Shown piece by piece: positions 41,301-54,400 of a stretch of DNA of 64,000 nucleotides. This DNA comes from the human T2T-CHM13v2.0 reference genome, Homo sapiens. How positions within the stretch are numbered: position 1 is the first letter of the stretch; the number at the start of each line of letters is the position of its first letter. The stretch lies in the NCBI RefSeq assembly GCF_009914755.1, contig NC_060928.1. One strand, written 5' to 3'. The notes under the pieces were generated by a model that saw only the letters and a program-made list of their open reading frames with translations, searched no databases and had not been told where the DNA came from. The position numbers were made by a program, and so were the translations under genes.

Positions 41301-44300
41301 TGGATACAGCATTTTGGAAACATTCCTTGAGTAGAATCTGCAAGTTGATATTTAGATAGATTTGAAGATTTCGTTGGAAAAGGGAATATCTCCATATAAA
41401 ATCTAGAGGGAAGCATTCTCAGAAACTGCTTTGTGATGTTTCCATTCAAGTCACAGAGTTGAATATTCCCTTTTATAGAGCACGTTTGAAACACTCTTTC
41501 TGCACTATCTGGAAGTGGACATTTCGAGCGCTTTGAGGCCTATGGTGAAAAAGGAAATATCTTCCCATAAAAACTAGACAGAAGCATTCTCAGAAACTTG
41601 TTTGTGATGTGTGTATTCAACTAACAGGGTTGAACTTTTGTTTTTACAGAGCCGTTTTAAAACACTCTTTTTGTGGAATCAGAAAGTGGATATTCGGATG
41701 GCTCTGAGGATTTCGTTGGAAGCAGGATTACATATAAAATCTAGAGAGAAGCATTCTCAGGAACTGCTTTGTGATGTTTGCATTGAAGTCACAGAATTGA
41801 ACATTCACTTTGATAGAGCAGGTTTGAAACACTCATTCTGTAGTATCTGGAAGTGGACATTTCAAGCGCTTTCAGGCCTATGGTGAGAAAGGAAATATCT
41901 TCGAATAAAAACTAGACAGAAGCATCCTCAGAAACTTATTTGTGATGTGTGTCCTCAACTAACAGAGTTGAACCTTTGTTTTGATACAGCATTTTGGAAA
42001 CACTCTTTTTGTAGAATCTGCAGGTGGATATTTGGATAGCTTAGAGGGATTCGTTGGAAAGGGGATATCTTCATATAAAATCTAGACAGAAGCATTCTCA
42101 GAAACTTATTTGTGATGTGTGTCCTCAACTAACAGAGTTGAACCTTGGTTTTGATACAGCATTTTGGAAACACTCCTTTTGTAGAATCTGCAGGTGGATA
42201 TGTGGATAGCTCTGAAGATTTCGTTGGAAACGGGAATTTCTTCATATAAAATCAAACAGAAGCATTCTCAGAAACTTCTCAGTGATGTTTGCATTCAGCT
42301 CATGGAGTTGAACACTTCCTTTCATAGAGCCGGTTTGAAACACTCTTTCTGCACTACCTGGAAGAGGCCATTTCGAGCGCTTTGAGTCCTATGGTGAAAA
42401 AGGAAATATCTTCTCATAAAAACCAGAAAGAAGCATTCTCAGAAACTTCTTTGTGTTGTGTGTACTCATGTAACACTGTTGAACCATCCTTTTGACAGAG
42501 CAGTTTTGAAACACTCTTTTTGTAGAATCTGCAAGTGGATATTTGGATAGCTTTGAGGATTTCGTTGGAAACGGGATGACATATAATATCTAGGGAGAAG
42601 CATTCTCAGGAACTTCTTTGTGATGTTTGCATTCAAGTCACAGAATTGAACATTCCCTTTCATAGAGCAGGTTTGAAACACTCTTTCTCTAGTATCTGGA
42701 AGTGGGCATTTCAAGCGCTTTCAGGCCTATGGAGAGAAAGGAAATACCTTCAAATAAAAACTAGACAGAAGCATTCTCAGAAACTTATTTGTGATGTGTG
42801 TCCTCAACTAACAGAGTTGAACCTTTGTTTTGATACAGCATTTTGGAAACACTCCTTTTGTAGAATCTGCAGGTGGATATTTGGATACCTTTGAAGATTT
42901 CGTTGGAAACCGGAATATCTTCATATAAAATCAAGACAGAAGCATTCTCGGAAACATCTCTGTGATGTTTGCATTCAACTCAGTAGAGTTGAACACTTCC
43001 TTTCATAGAGCAGGTTTGAAACACTCTTTCTGCACTACCTGGAAGCGGACATTTCGAGCGCTTTGAGGCCTATGGTGAAAAAGGAAATATCTTCTCATAA
43101 AAACCAGAAAGAAGCATTCTCAGAAACTTCTTTGTGTTGTGTGTACTCAAGTAACAGTGTTGAACCTTCCTTTTGACACAGCAGTTTTGAAACACTCTTT
43201 TGGTAGAATCTGCAAGTGGATATTTGGATAGCTTTGAGGATTTCGTTGGAAACGGGTTATCTTCATATAAAATCCAGACAGGAGCATTCTCAGAAACTTC
43301 TTTGTGCTGCATGTCCTCAATTCACAGAGCTGAACCTTTGTTTGGATACAGCATTTTGGAGACATTCCTTTAGTAGAATCTGCAAGTTGATATTTAGATA
43401 GCTTTGAAGATTTCGTTGGAAACGGGAATATCTTCATAGAAAATCTAGACGGAAGCATTCTCAGAAACTGCTTTGTGATGTTTGCATTCAAGTCACAGAG
43501 TTGAATATTCCCTTTTATAGAGTAGGTTTGAAACACTCTTTTGGCACTACCTGGAAGTGGATATTTCGAGCTCTTTGAGGCCTATGGTTAAAAGGAAATA
43601 TCTTCCCATAAAAACTAGACAGAAGCCGTCTCAGAAACTTGTTTGTGATGTGTGTATTCAACTAACAGAGTTGAACATTTCTGTTACAGAGCAATTTTAA
43701 AACACTCTTTTTGTGGAATCTGAAAGTGGATAATTGGATAGCTTTGTGGATTTCGTTGGAAACGGGATGACGTATAAAATCTAGAGAGAAGCATTCTCAG
43801 GAACTTCTTTCTGATGTTTGCATTCAAGTCACAGAATTGAACATTCCTTTTCATAGTGCAGGTTTGAAACACTCTTTCTGTAGTATCTGGAAGTGGACAT
43901 TTCAAGCGCTTTCAGGCCTACGGGGAGAAAGGAAATATCTTCAAATAAAAACTAGACAGAAGGATTCTCAGAAACTTATTTGTGATGTGTGTCCTAAACG
44001 AACACAGTTGAACCTTTGTTTTGATACAGCATTTTGGAAACACTCCTTTTGTAGGATCTGCAGGTGGATATTTGGATAGATTTTAAGATTTCGTTGGAAA
44101 CGGGAGTTTCTTCATAGAAACTCAAGACAGATGCATTCTCAGAAACATCTCTGTGATGTTTGCATTCCACTCATAGAGTTGAAAACTTCCTTTCATAGAG
44201 CAGGTTTGAAACACTCTTTTTGTAATATTTGGAAGTGGACATTTGCAGCGCTTTGAGGCCTATGGTGAAAAAGGAAATATCTTCTCATAAAAACCAGAAA

Positions 44301-47300
44301 CAAGCATTCTCGGAAACTTCTTTTTGATGTGTGTACTCAAGTAACAGAGTTGAACCTTCCTTTTGACACAGCAGTTTTGAAACAATCTTTTTGTAGAATC
44401 TGCAAGTGGATATTTGGATAGCTTTGAGGATTTCGTTGGAAACGGGATATCTTCATATAAAATCTAGACAGAAGCATTCTCAGAAACTTCTTTGTGCTGT
44501 ATGTCCTCAATTAACAGAGTTGAACCATTGCTTGGATACAGCATTTTGGAAACATTCCTTGAGTAGAATCTGCAAGTTGATATTTAGATAGATTTGAAGA
44601 TTTCGTTGGAAAAGGGAATATCTCCATATAAAATCTAGAGGGAAGCATTCTCAGAAACTGCTTTGTGATGTTTCCATTCAAGTCACAGAGTTGAATATTC
44701 CCTTTTATAGAGCACGTTTGAAACACTCTTTCTGCACTATCTGGAAGTGGACATTTCGAGCGCTTTGAGGCCTATGGTGAAAAAGGAAATATCTTCCCAT
44801 AAAAACTAGACAGAAGCATTCTCAGAAACTTGTTTGTGATGTGTGTATTCAACTAACAGAGTTGAACTTTTGTTTTTACAGAGCCGTTTTAAAACACTCT
44901 TTTTGTGGAATCAGAAAGTGGATATTCGGATGGCTCTGAGGATTTCGTTGGAAGCGGGATTACATATAAAATCTAGAGAGAAGCATTCTCAGGAACTTCT
45001 TTGTGATGTTTGCATTGAAGTCACAGAATTGAACATTCACTTTGATAGAGCAGGTTTGAAACACTCATTCTGTAGTATCTGGAAGTGGACATTTCAATCG
45101 CTTTCAGGCCTATGGTGAGAAAGGAAATATCTTCGAATAAAAACTAGACAGAAGCATCCTCAGAAACTTATTTGTGATGTGTGTCCTCAACTAACAGAGT
45201 TGAACCTTTGTTTTGATACAGCATTTTGGAAACACTCTTTTTGTAGAATCTGCAGGTGGATATTTGGATAGCTTAGAGGGATTCGTTGGAAAGGGTATAT
45301 CTTCATATAAAATCTAGACAGAAGCATTCTCAGAAACTTATTTGTGATGTGTGTCCTCAACTAACAGAGTTGAACCTTGGTTTTGATACAGCATTTTGGA
45401 AACACTCCTTTTGTAGAATCTGCAGGTGGATATGTGGATAGCTCTGAAGATTTCGTTGGAAACGGGAATTTCTTCATATAAAATCAAACAGAAGCATTCT
45501 CAGAAACTTCTCAGTGATGTTTGCATTCAGCTCATGGAGTTGAACACTTCCTTTCATAGAGCCGGTTTGAAACACTCTTTCTGCACTACCTGGAAGAGGA
45601 CATTTCGAGCGCTTTGAGTCCTATGGTGAAAAAGGAAATATCTTCTCATAAAAACCAGAAAGAAGCATTCTCAGAAACTTCTTTGTGTTGTGTGTACTCA
45701 TGTAAGAGTGTTGAACCATCCTTTTGACAGAGCAGTTTTGAAACACTCTTTTTGTAGAATCTGCAAGTGGATATTTGGATAGCTTTGAGGATTTCGTTGG
45801 AAACGGGATGACATATAATATCTAGAGAGAAGCATTCTCAGGAACTTCTTTGTGATGTTTGCATTCAAGTCACCGAATTGAACATTCCCTTTCATAGAGC
45901 AGGTTTGAAACACTCTTTCTCTAGTATCTGGAAGTGGGCATTTCAAGCGCTTTCAGGCCTATGGAGAGAAAGGAAATACCTTCAAATAAAAACTAGACAG
46001 AAGCATTCTCAGAAACTTATTTGTGATGTGTGTCCTCAACTAACAGAGTTGAACCTTTGTTTTGATACAGCATTTTGGAAACACTCCTTTTGTAGAATCT
46101 GCAGGTGGATATTTGGATAGCTTTGAAGATTTCGTTGGAAACCGGAATATCTTCATATAAAATCAAGACAGAAGCATTCTCGGAAACATCTCTGTGATGT
46201 TTGCATTCAACTCAGTAGAGTTGAACACTTCCTTTCATAGAGCAGGTTTGAAACACTCTTTCTGCACTACCTGGAAGCGGACATTTCGAGCGCTTTGAGG
46301 CCTATGGTGAAAAAGGAAATATCTTCTCATAAAAACCAGAAAGAAGCATTCTCAGAATCTTCTTTGTGTTGTGTGTACTCAAGTAACAGTGTTGAACCTT
46401 CCTTTTGACACAGCAGTTTTGAAACACTCTTTTGGTAGAATCTGCAAGTGGATATTTGGATAGCTTTGAGGATTTCGTTGGAAACGGGATATCTTCATAT
46501 AAAATCCAGACAGGAGCATTCTCAGAAACTTCTTTGTGCTGCATGTCCTCAATTCACAGAGCTGAACCTTTGTTTGGATACAGCATTTTGGAGACATTCC
46601 TTTAGTAGAATCTGCAAGTTGATATTTAGATAGCTTTGAAGATTTCGTTGGAAACGGGAATATCTTCATAGAAAATCTAGACGGAAGCATTCTCAGAAAC
46701 TGCTTTGTGATGTTTGCATTCATGTCACAGAGTTGAATATTCCCTTTTATAGAGTAGGTTTGAAACACTCTTTTGGCACTACCTGGAAGTGGATATTTCG
46801 AGCTCTTTGAGGCCTATGGTTAAAAGGAAATATCTTCCCATAAAAAATAGACAGAAGCCGTCTCAGAAACTTGTTTGTGATGTGTGTATTCAACTAACAG
46901 AGTTGAACATTTCTGTTACAGAGCAATTTTAAAACACTCTTTTTGTGGAATCTGAAAGTGGATAATTGGATAGCTTTGTGGATTTCGTTGGAAACGGGAT
47001 GACGTATAAAATCTAGAGAGAAGCATTCTCAGGAACTTCTTTCTGATGTTTGCATTCAAGTCACAGAATTGAACATTCCTTTTCATAGTGCAGGTTTGAA
47101 ACACTCTTTCTGTAGTATCTGGAAGTGGACATTTCAAGTGCTTTCAGGCCTACGGGGAGAAAGGAAATATCTTCAAATAAAAACTAGACAGAAGGATTCT
47201 CAGAAACTTATTTGTGATGTGTGTCCTAAACGAACACAGTTGAACCTTTGTTTTGATACAGCATTTTGGAAACACTCCTTTTGTAGGATCTGCAGGTGGA

Positions 47301-48074
47301 TATTTGGATAGATTTTAAGATTTCGTTGGAAACGGGAGTTTCTTCATAGAAACTCAAGACAGATGCATTCTCAGAAACATCTCTGTGATGTTTGCATTCC
47401 ACTCATAGAGTTGAAAACTTCCTTTCATAGAGCAGGTTTGAAACACTCTTTTTGTAATATTTGGAAGTGGACATTTGCAGCGCTTTGAGGCCTATGGTGA
47501 AAAAGGAAATATCTTCTCATAAAAACCAGAAACAAGCATTCTCGGAAACTTCTTTTTGATGTGTGTAGTCAAGTAACAGAGTTGAACCTTCCTTTTGACA
47601 CAGCAGTTTTGAAACAATCTTTTTGTAGAATCTGCAAGTGGATATTTGGATAGCTTTGAGGATTTCGTTGGAAACGGGATATCTTCATATAAAATCTAGA
47701 CAGAAGCATTCTCAGAAACTTCTTTGTGCTGTATGTCCTCAATTAACAGAGTTGAACCATTGCTTGGATACAGCATTTTGGAAACATTCCTTGAGTAGAA
47801 TCTGCAAGTTGATATTTAGATAGATTTGAAGATTTCGTTGGAAAAGGGAATATCTCCATATAAAATCTAGAGGGAAGCATTCTCAGAAACTGCTTTGTGA
47901 TGTTTCCATTCAAGTCACAGAGTTGAATATTCCCTTTTATAGAGCACGTTTGAAACACTCTTTCTGCACTATCTGGAAGTGGACATTTCGAGCGCTTTGA
48001 GGCCTATGGTGAAAAAGGAAATATCTTCCCATAAAAACTAGACAGAAGCATTCTCAGAAACTTGTTTGTGATGT

Positions 48075-49437
48075 GTGTATTCAACTAACAGAGTTGAACT
48101 TTTGTTTTTACAGAGCCGTTTTAAAACACTCTTTTTGTGGAATCAGAAAGTGGATATTCGGATGGCTCTGAGGATTTCGTTGGAAGCGGGATTACATATA
48201 AAATCTAGAGAGAAGCATTCTCAGGAACTTCTTTGTGATGTTTGCATTGAACTCACAGAATTGAACATTCACTTTGATAGAGCAGGTTTGAAACACTCAT
48301 TCTGTAGTATCTGGAAGTGGACATTTCAAGCGCTTTCAGGCCTATGGAGAGAAAGGAAATACCTTCAAATAAAAACTAGACAGAAGCATTCTCAGAAACT
48401 TATTTGTGATGTGTGTCCTCAACTAACAGAGTTGAACCTTTGTTTTGATACAGCATTTTGGAAACACTCCTTTTGTAGAATCTGCAGGTGGATATTTGGA
48501 TAGCTTTGAAGATTTCGTTGGAAACCGGAATATCTTCATATAAAATCAAGACAGAAGCATTCTCGGAAACATCTCTGTGATGTTTGCATTCAACTCAGTA
48601 GAGTTGAACACTTCCTTTCATAGAGCAGGATTGAAACACTCTTTCTGCACTACCTGGAAGCGGACATTTCGAGCGCTTTGAGGCCTATGGTGAAAAAGGA
48701 AATATCTTCTCATAAAAACCAGAAAGAAGCATTCTCAGAAACTTCTTTGTGTTGTGTGTACTCAAGTAACAGTGTTGAACCTTCCTTTTGACAGAGCAGT
48801 TTTGAAACACTCTTTTGGTAGAATCTGCAAGTGGAAATTTGGATAGCTTTGAGGATTTCGTTGGAAACGGGTTATCTTCATATAAAATCTAGACAGAAGC
48901 ATTCTCAGAAACTTCTTTTTGATGTGTGTACTCAAGTAACAGAGTTGAACCTTCCTTTTGACACAGCAGTTTTGAAACAATCTTTTTGTAGAATCTGCAA
49001 GTGGATATTTGGATAGCTTTGAGGATTTCGTTGGAAACGGGATATCTTCATATAAAATCTAGACAGAAGCATTCTCAGAAACTTCTTTGTGCTGTATGTC
49101 CTCAATTAACAGAGTTGAACCATTGCTTGGATACAGCATTTTGGAAACATTCCTTGAGTAGAATCTGCAAGTTGATATTTAGATAGATTTGAAGATTTCG
49201 TTAGAAAAGGGAATATCTCCATATAAAATCTAGAGGGAAGCATTCTCAGAAACTGCTTTGTGATGTTTCCATTCAAGTCACAGAGTTGAATATTCCCTTT
49301 TATAGAGCACGTTTGAAACACTCTTTCTGCACTATCTGGAAGTGGACATTTCGAGCGCTTTGAGGCCTATGGTGAAAAAGGAAATATTTTCCCATAAAAA
49401 CTAGACAGAAGCATTCTCAGAAACTTGTTTGTGATGT
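48075..49437 (+). repeat. 8-mer variant unit (1363 bp) with two deletion junctions (m12/m17 at 48322-48347; m1 to m8 at ~48873-48918)
   Basis: The m12 body (CATTCACTTTGATAG, CTCATTCTG) runs into the m17 end (CTATGGAGAGAAAGGAAATACC). m1 (CGGGTTATC) is followed by m8 (CTTCTTTTTGATG). Confidence 0.92.
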
Positions 49438-51479
49438 GTGTATTCAACTAACAGGGTTGAACTTTTGTTTTTACAGAGCCGTTTTAAAACACTCTTTTTG
49501 TGGAATCAGAAAGTGGATATTCGGATGGCTCTGAGGATTTCGTTGGAAGCGGGATTACATATAAAATCTAGAGAGAAGCATTCTCAGGAACTTCTTTGTG
49601 ATCTTTGCATTGAAGTCACAGAATTGAACATTCACTTTGATAGAGCAGGTTTGAAACACTCATTCTGTAGTATCTGGAAGTGGACATTTCAAGCGCTTTC
49701 AGGCCTATGATGAGAAAGGAAATATCTTCGAATAAAAACTAGACAGAAGCATCCTCAGAAACTTATTTGTGATGTGTGTCCTCAACTAACAGAGTTGAAC
49801 CTTTGTTTTGATACAGCATTTTGGAAACACTCTTTTTGTAGAATCTGCAGGTGGATATTTGGATAGCTTAGAGGGATTCGTTGGAAAGGGGATATCTTCA
49901 TATAAAATCTAGACAGAAGCATTCTCAGAAACTTATTTGTGATGTGTGTCCTCAACTAACAGAGTTGAACCTTGGTTTTGATACAGCATTTTGGAAACAC
50001 TCCTTTTGTAGAATCTGCAGGTGGATATGTGGATAGCTCTGAAGATTTCGTTGGAAACGGGAATTTCTTCATATAAAATCAAACAGAAGCATTCTCAGAA
50101 ACTTCTCAGTGATGTTTGCATTCAGCTCATGGAGTTGAACACTTCCTTTCATAGAGCCGGTTTGAAACACTCTTTCTGCACTACCTGGAAGAGGACATTT
50201 CGAGCGCTTTGAGTCCTATGGTGAAAAAGGAAATATCTTCTCATAAAAACCAGAAAGAAGCATTCTCAGAAACTTCTTTGTGTTGTGTGTACTCATGTAA
50301 CAGTGTTGAACCATCCTTTTGACAGAGCAGTTTTGAAACACTCTTTTTGTAGAATCTGCAAGTGGATATTTGGATAGCTTTGAGGATTTCGTTGGAAACG
50401 GGATGACATATAATATCTAGAGAGAAGCATTCTCAGGAACTTCTTTGTGATGTTTGCATTCAAGTCACAGAATTGAACATTCCCTTTCATAGAGCAGGTT
50501 TGAAACACTCTTTCTCTAGTATCTGGAAGTGGGCATTTCAAGCGCTTTCAGGCCTATGGAGAGAAAGGAAATACCTTCAAATAAAAACTAGACAGAAGCA
50601 TTCTCAGAAACTTATTTGTGATGTGTGTCCTCAACTAACAGAGTTGAACCTTTGTTTTGATACAGCATTTTGGAAACACTCCTTTTGTAGAATCTGCAGG
50701 TGGATATTTGGATACCTTTGAAGATTTCGTTGGAAACCGGAATATCTTCATATAAAATCAAGACAGAAGCATTCTCGGAAACATCTCTGTGATGTTTGCA
50801 TTCAACTCAGTAGAGTTGAACACTTCCTTTCATAGAGCAGGTTTGAAACACTCTTTCTGCACTACCTGGAAGCGGACATTTCGAGCGCTTTGAGGCCTAT
50901 GGTGAAAAAGGAAATATCTTCTCATAAAAACCAGAAAGAAGCATTCTCAGAAACTTCTTTGTGTTGTGTGTACTCAAGTAACAGTGTTGAACCTTCCTTT
51001 TGACACAGCAGTTTTGAAACACTCTTTTGGTAGAATCTGCAAGTGGATATTTGGATAGCTTTGAGGATTTCGTTGGAAACGGGTTATCTTCATATAAAAT
51101 CTAGACAGAAGCATTCTCAGAAACTTCTTTGTGCTGTATGTCCTCAATTAACAGAGTTGAACCATTGCTTGGATACAGCATTTTGGAAACATTCCTTGAG
51201 TAGAATCTGCAAGTTGATATTTAGATAGATTTGAAGATTTCGTTAGAAAAGGGAATATCTCCATATAAAATCTAGAGGGAAGCATTCTCAGAAACTGCTT
51301 TGTGATGTTTCCATTCAAGTCACAGAGTTGAATATTCCCTTTTATAGAGCACGTTTGAAACACTCTTTCTGCACTATCTGGAAGTGGACATTTCGAGCGC
51401 TTTGAGGCCTATGGTGAAAAAGGAAATATCTTCCCATAAAAACTAGACAGAAGCATTCTCAGAAACTTGTTTGTGATGT
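49438..51479 (+). repeat. Second type of 12-mer variant (2042 bp), m1/m8 hybrid junction at 51085-51101
   Basis: m1 body with CGGGTTATC, then the m8 end AAAATCTAGACAGAAG, then m9 (GCTGTATGTCCTCAATTAAC). 1190 bp are removed. Confidence 0.92.
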
Positions 51480-54400
51480 GTGTATTCAACTAACAGAGTT
51501 GAACTTTTGTTTTTACAGAGCCGTTTTTAAACACTCTTTTTGTGGAATCAGAAAGTGGATATTCGGATGGCTCTGAGGATTTCGTTGGAAGCGGGATTAC
51601 ATATAAAATCTAGAGAGAAGCATTCTCAGGAACTTCTTTGTGATCTTTGCATTGAAGTCACAGAATTGAACATTCACTTTGATAGAGCAGGTTTGAAACA
51701 CTCATTCTGTAGTATCTGGAAGTGGACATTTCAAGCGCTTTCAGGCCTATGGTGAGAAAGGAAATATCTTTGAATAAAAACTAGACAGAAGCATCCTCAG
51801 AAACTTATTTGTGATGTGTGTCCTCAACTAACAGAGTTGAAACTTTGTTTTGATACAGCATTTTGGAAACACTCTTTTTGTAGAATCTGCAGGTGGATAT
51901 TTGGATAGCTTAGAGGGATTCGTTGGAAAGGGGATATCTTCATATAAAATCTAGACAGAAGCATTCTCAGAAACTTATTTGTGATGTGTGTCCTCAACTA
52001 ACAGAGTTGAACCTTGGTTTTGATACAGCATTTTGGAAACACTCCTTTTGTAGAATGTGCAGGTGGATATGTGGATAGCTCTGAAGATTTCGTTGGAAAC
52101 GGGAATTTCTTCATATAAAATCAAACAGAAGCATTCTCAGAAACTTCTCAGTGATGTTTGCATTCAGCTCATGGAGTTGAACACTTCCTTTCATAGAGCC
52201 GGTTTGAAACACTCTTTCTGCACTACCTGGAAGAGGACATTTCGAGCGCTTTGAGTCCTGTGGTGAAAAAGGAAATATCTTCTCATAAAAACCAGAAAGA
52301 AGCATTCTCAGAAACTTCTTTGTGTTGTGTGTACTCATGTAACAGTGTTGAACCATCCTTTTGACAGAGCAGTTTTGAAACACTCTTTTTGTAGAATCTG
52401 CAAGTGGATATTTGGATAGCTTTGAGGATTTCGTTGGAAACGGGATGACATATAATATCTAGAGAGAAGCATTCTCAGGAACTTCTTTGTGATGTTTGCA
52501 TTCAAGTCACAGAATTGAACATTCCCTTTCATAGAGCAGGTTTGAAACACTCTTTCTCTAGTATCTGGAAGTGGGCATTTCAAGCGCTTTCAGGCCTATG
52601 GAGAGAAAGGAAATACCTTCAAATAAAAACTAGACAGAAGCATTCTCAGAAACTTATTTGTGATGTGTGTCCTCAACTAACAGCGTTGAACCTTTGTTTT
52701 GATACAGCATTTTGGAAACACTCCTTTTGTAGAATCTGCAGGTGGATATTTGGATACCTTTGAAGATTTCGTTGGAAACCGGAATATCTTCATATAAAAT
52801 CAAGACAGAAGCATTCTCGGAAACATCTCTGTGATGTTTGCATTCAACTCAGTAGAGCTGAACACTTCCTTTCATAGAGCCGGTTTGAAACACTCTTTCT
52901 GCACTACCTGGAAGCGGACATTTCGAGCGCTTTGAGGCCTATGGTGAAAAAGGAAATATCTTCTCATAAAAACCAGAAAGAAGCATTCTCAGAAACTTCT
53001 TTGTGTTGTGTGTACTCAAGTAACAGTGTTGAACCTTCCTTTTGACACAGCAGTTTTGAAACACTCTTTTGGTAGAATCTGCAAGTGGATATTTGGATAG
53101 CTTTGAGGATTTCGTTGGAAACGGGTTATCTTCATATAAAATCCAGACAGGAGCATTCTCAGAAACTTCTTTGTGCTGCATGTCCTCAATTCACAGAGCT
53201 GAACCTTTGTTTGGATACAGCATTTTGGAAACATTCCTTTAGTAGAATCTGCAAGTTCATATTTAGATAGCTTTGAAGATTTCGTTGGAAACGGGAATAT
53301 CTTCATAGAAAATCTAGACGGAAGCATTCTCAGAAACTGCTTTGTGATGTTTGCATTCAAGTCACAGAGTTGAATATTCCCTTTTATAGAGTAGGTTTGA
53401 AACACTCTTTTGGCACTACCTGGAAGTGGATATTTCGAGCTCTTTGAGGCCTATGGTTAAAAGGAAATATCTTCCCATAAAAACTAGACAGAAGCCGTCT
53501 CAGAAACTTGTTTGTGATGTGTGTATTCAACTACCAGAGTTGAACATTTCTGTTACAGAGCAATTTTAAAACACTCTTTTTGTGGAATCTGAAAGTGGAT
53601 AATTGGATAGCTTTGTGGATTTCGTTGGAAACGGGATGACGTATAAAATCTAGAGAGAAGCATTCTCAGGAACTTCTTTCTGATGTTTGCATTCAAGTCA
53701 CAGAATTGAACATTCCTTTTCATAGTGCAGGTTTGAAACACTCTTTCTGTAGTATCTGGAAGTGGACATTTCAAGCGCTTTCAGGCCTACGGGGAGAAAG
53801 GAAATATCTTCAAATAAAAACTAGACAGAAGGATTCTCAGAAACTTATTTGTGATGTGTGTCCTAAACGAACACAGTTGAACCTTTGTTTTGATACAGCA
53901 TTTTGGAAACACTCCTTTTGTAGGATCTGCAGGTGGATATTTGGATAGATTTTAAGATTTCGTTGGAAACGGGAGTTTCTTCATAGAAACTCAAGACAGA
54001 TGCATTCTCAGAAACATCTCTGTGATGTTTGCATTCCACTCATAGAGTTGAAAACTTCCTTTCATAGAGCAGGTTTGAAACACTCTTTTTGTAATATTTG
54101 GAAGTGGACATTTGCAGCGCTTTGAGGCCTATGGTGAAAAAGGAAATATCTTCTCATAAAAACCAGAAACAAGCATTCTCAGAAACTTCTTTTTGATGTG
54201 TGTACTCAAGTAACAGAGTTGAACCTTCCTTTTGACACAGCAGTTTTGAAACAATCTTTTTGTAGAATCTGCAAGTGGATATTTGGATAGCTTTGAGGAT
54301 TTTGTTGGAAACGGGATATCTTCATATAAAATCTAGACAGAAGCATTCTCAGAAACTTCTTTGTGCTGTATGTCCTCAATTAACAGAGTTGAACCATTGC

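Noticed and set aside
48075-48503. Unique longest ORF (142 aa)
   Set aside because: It is created by the m12/m17 junction removing a TGA stop (TGGTGAG to TGGAGAG). It marks the rearrangement and is not a gene.
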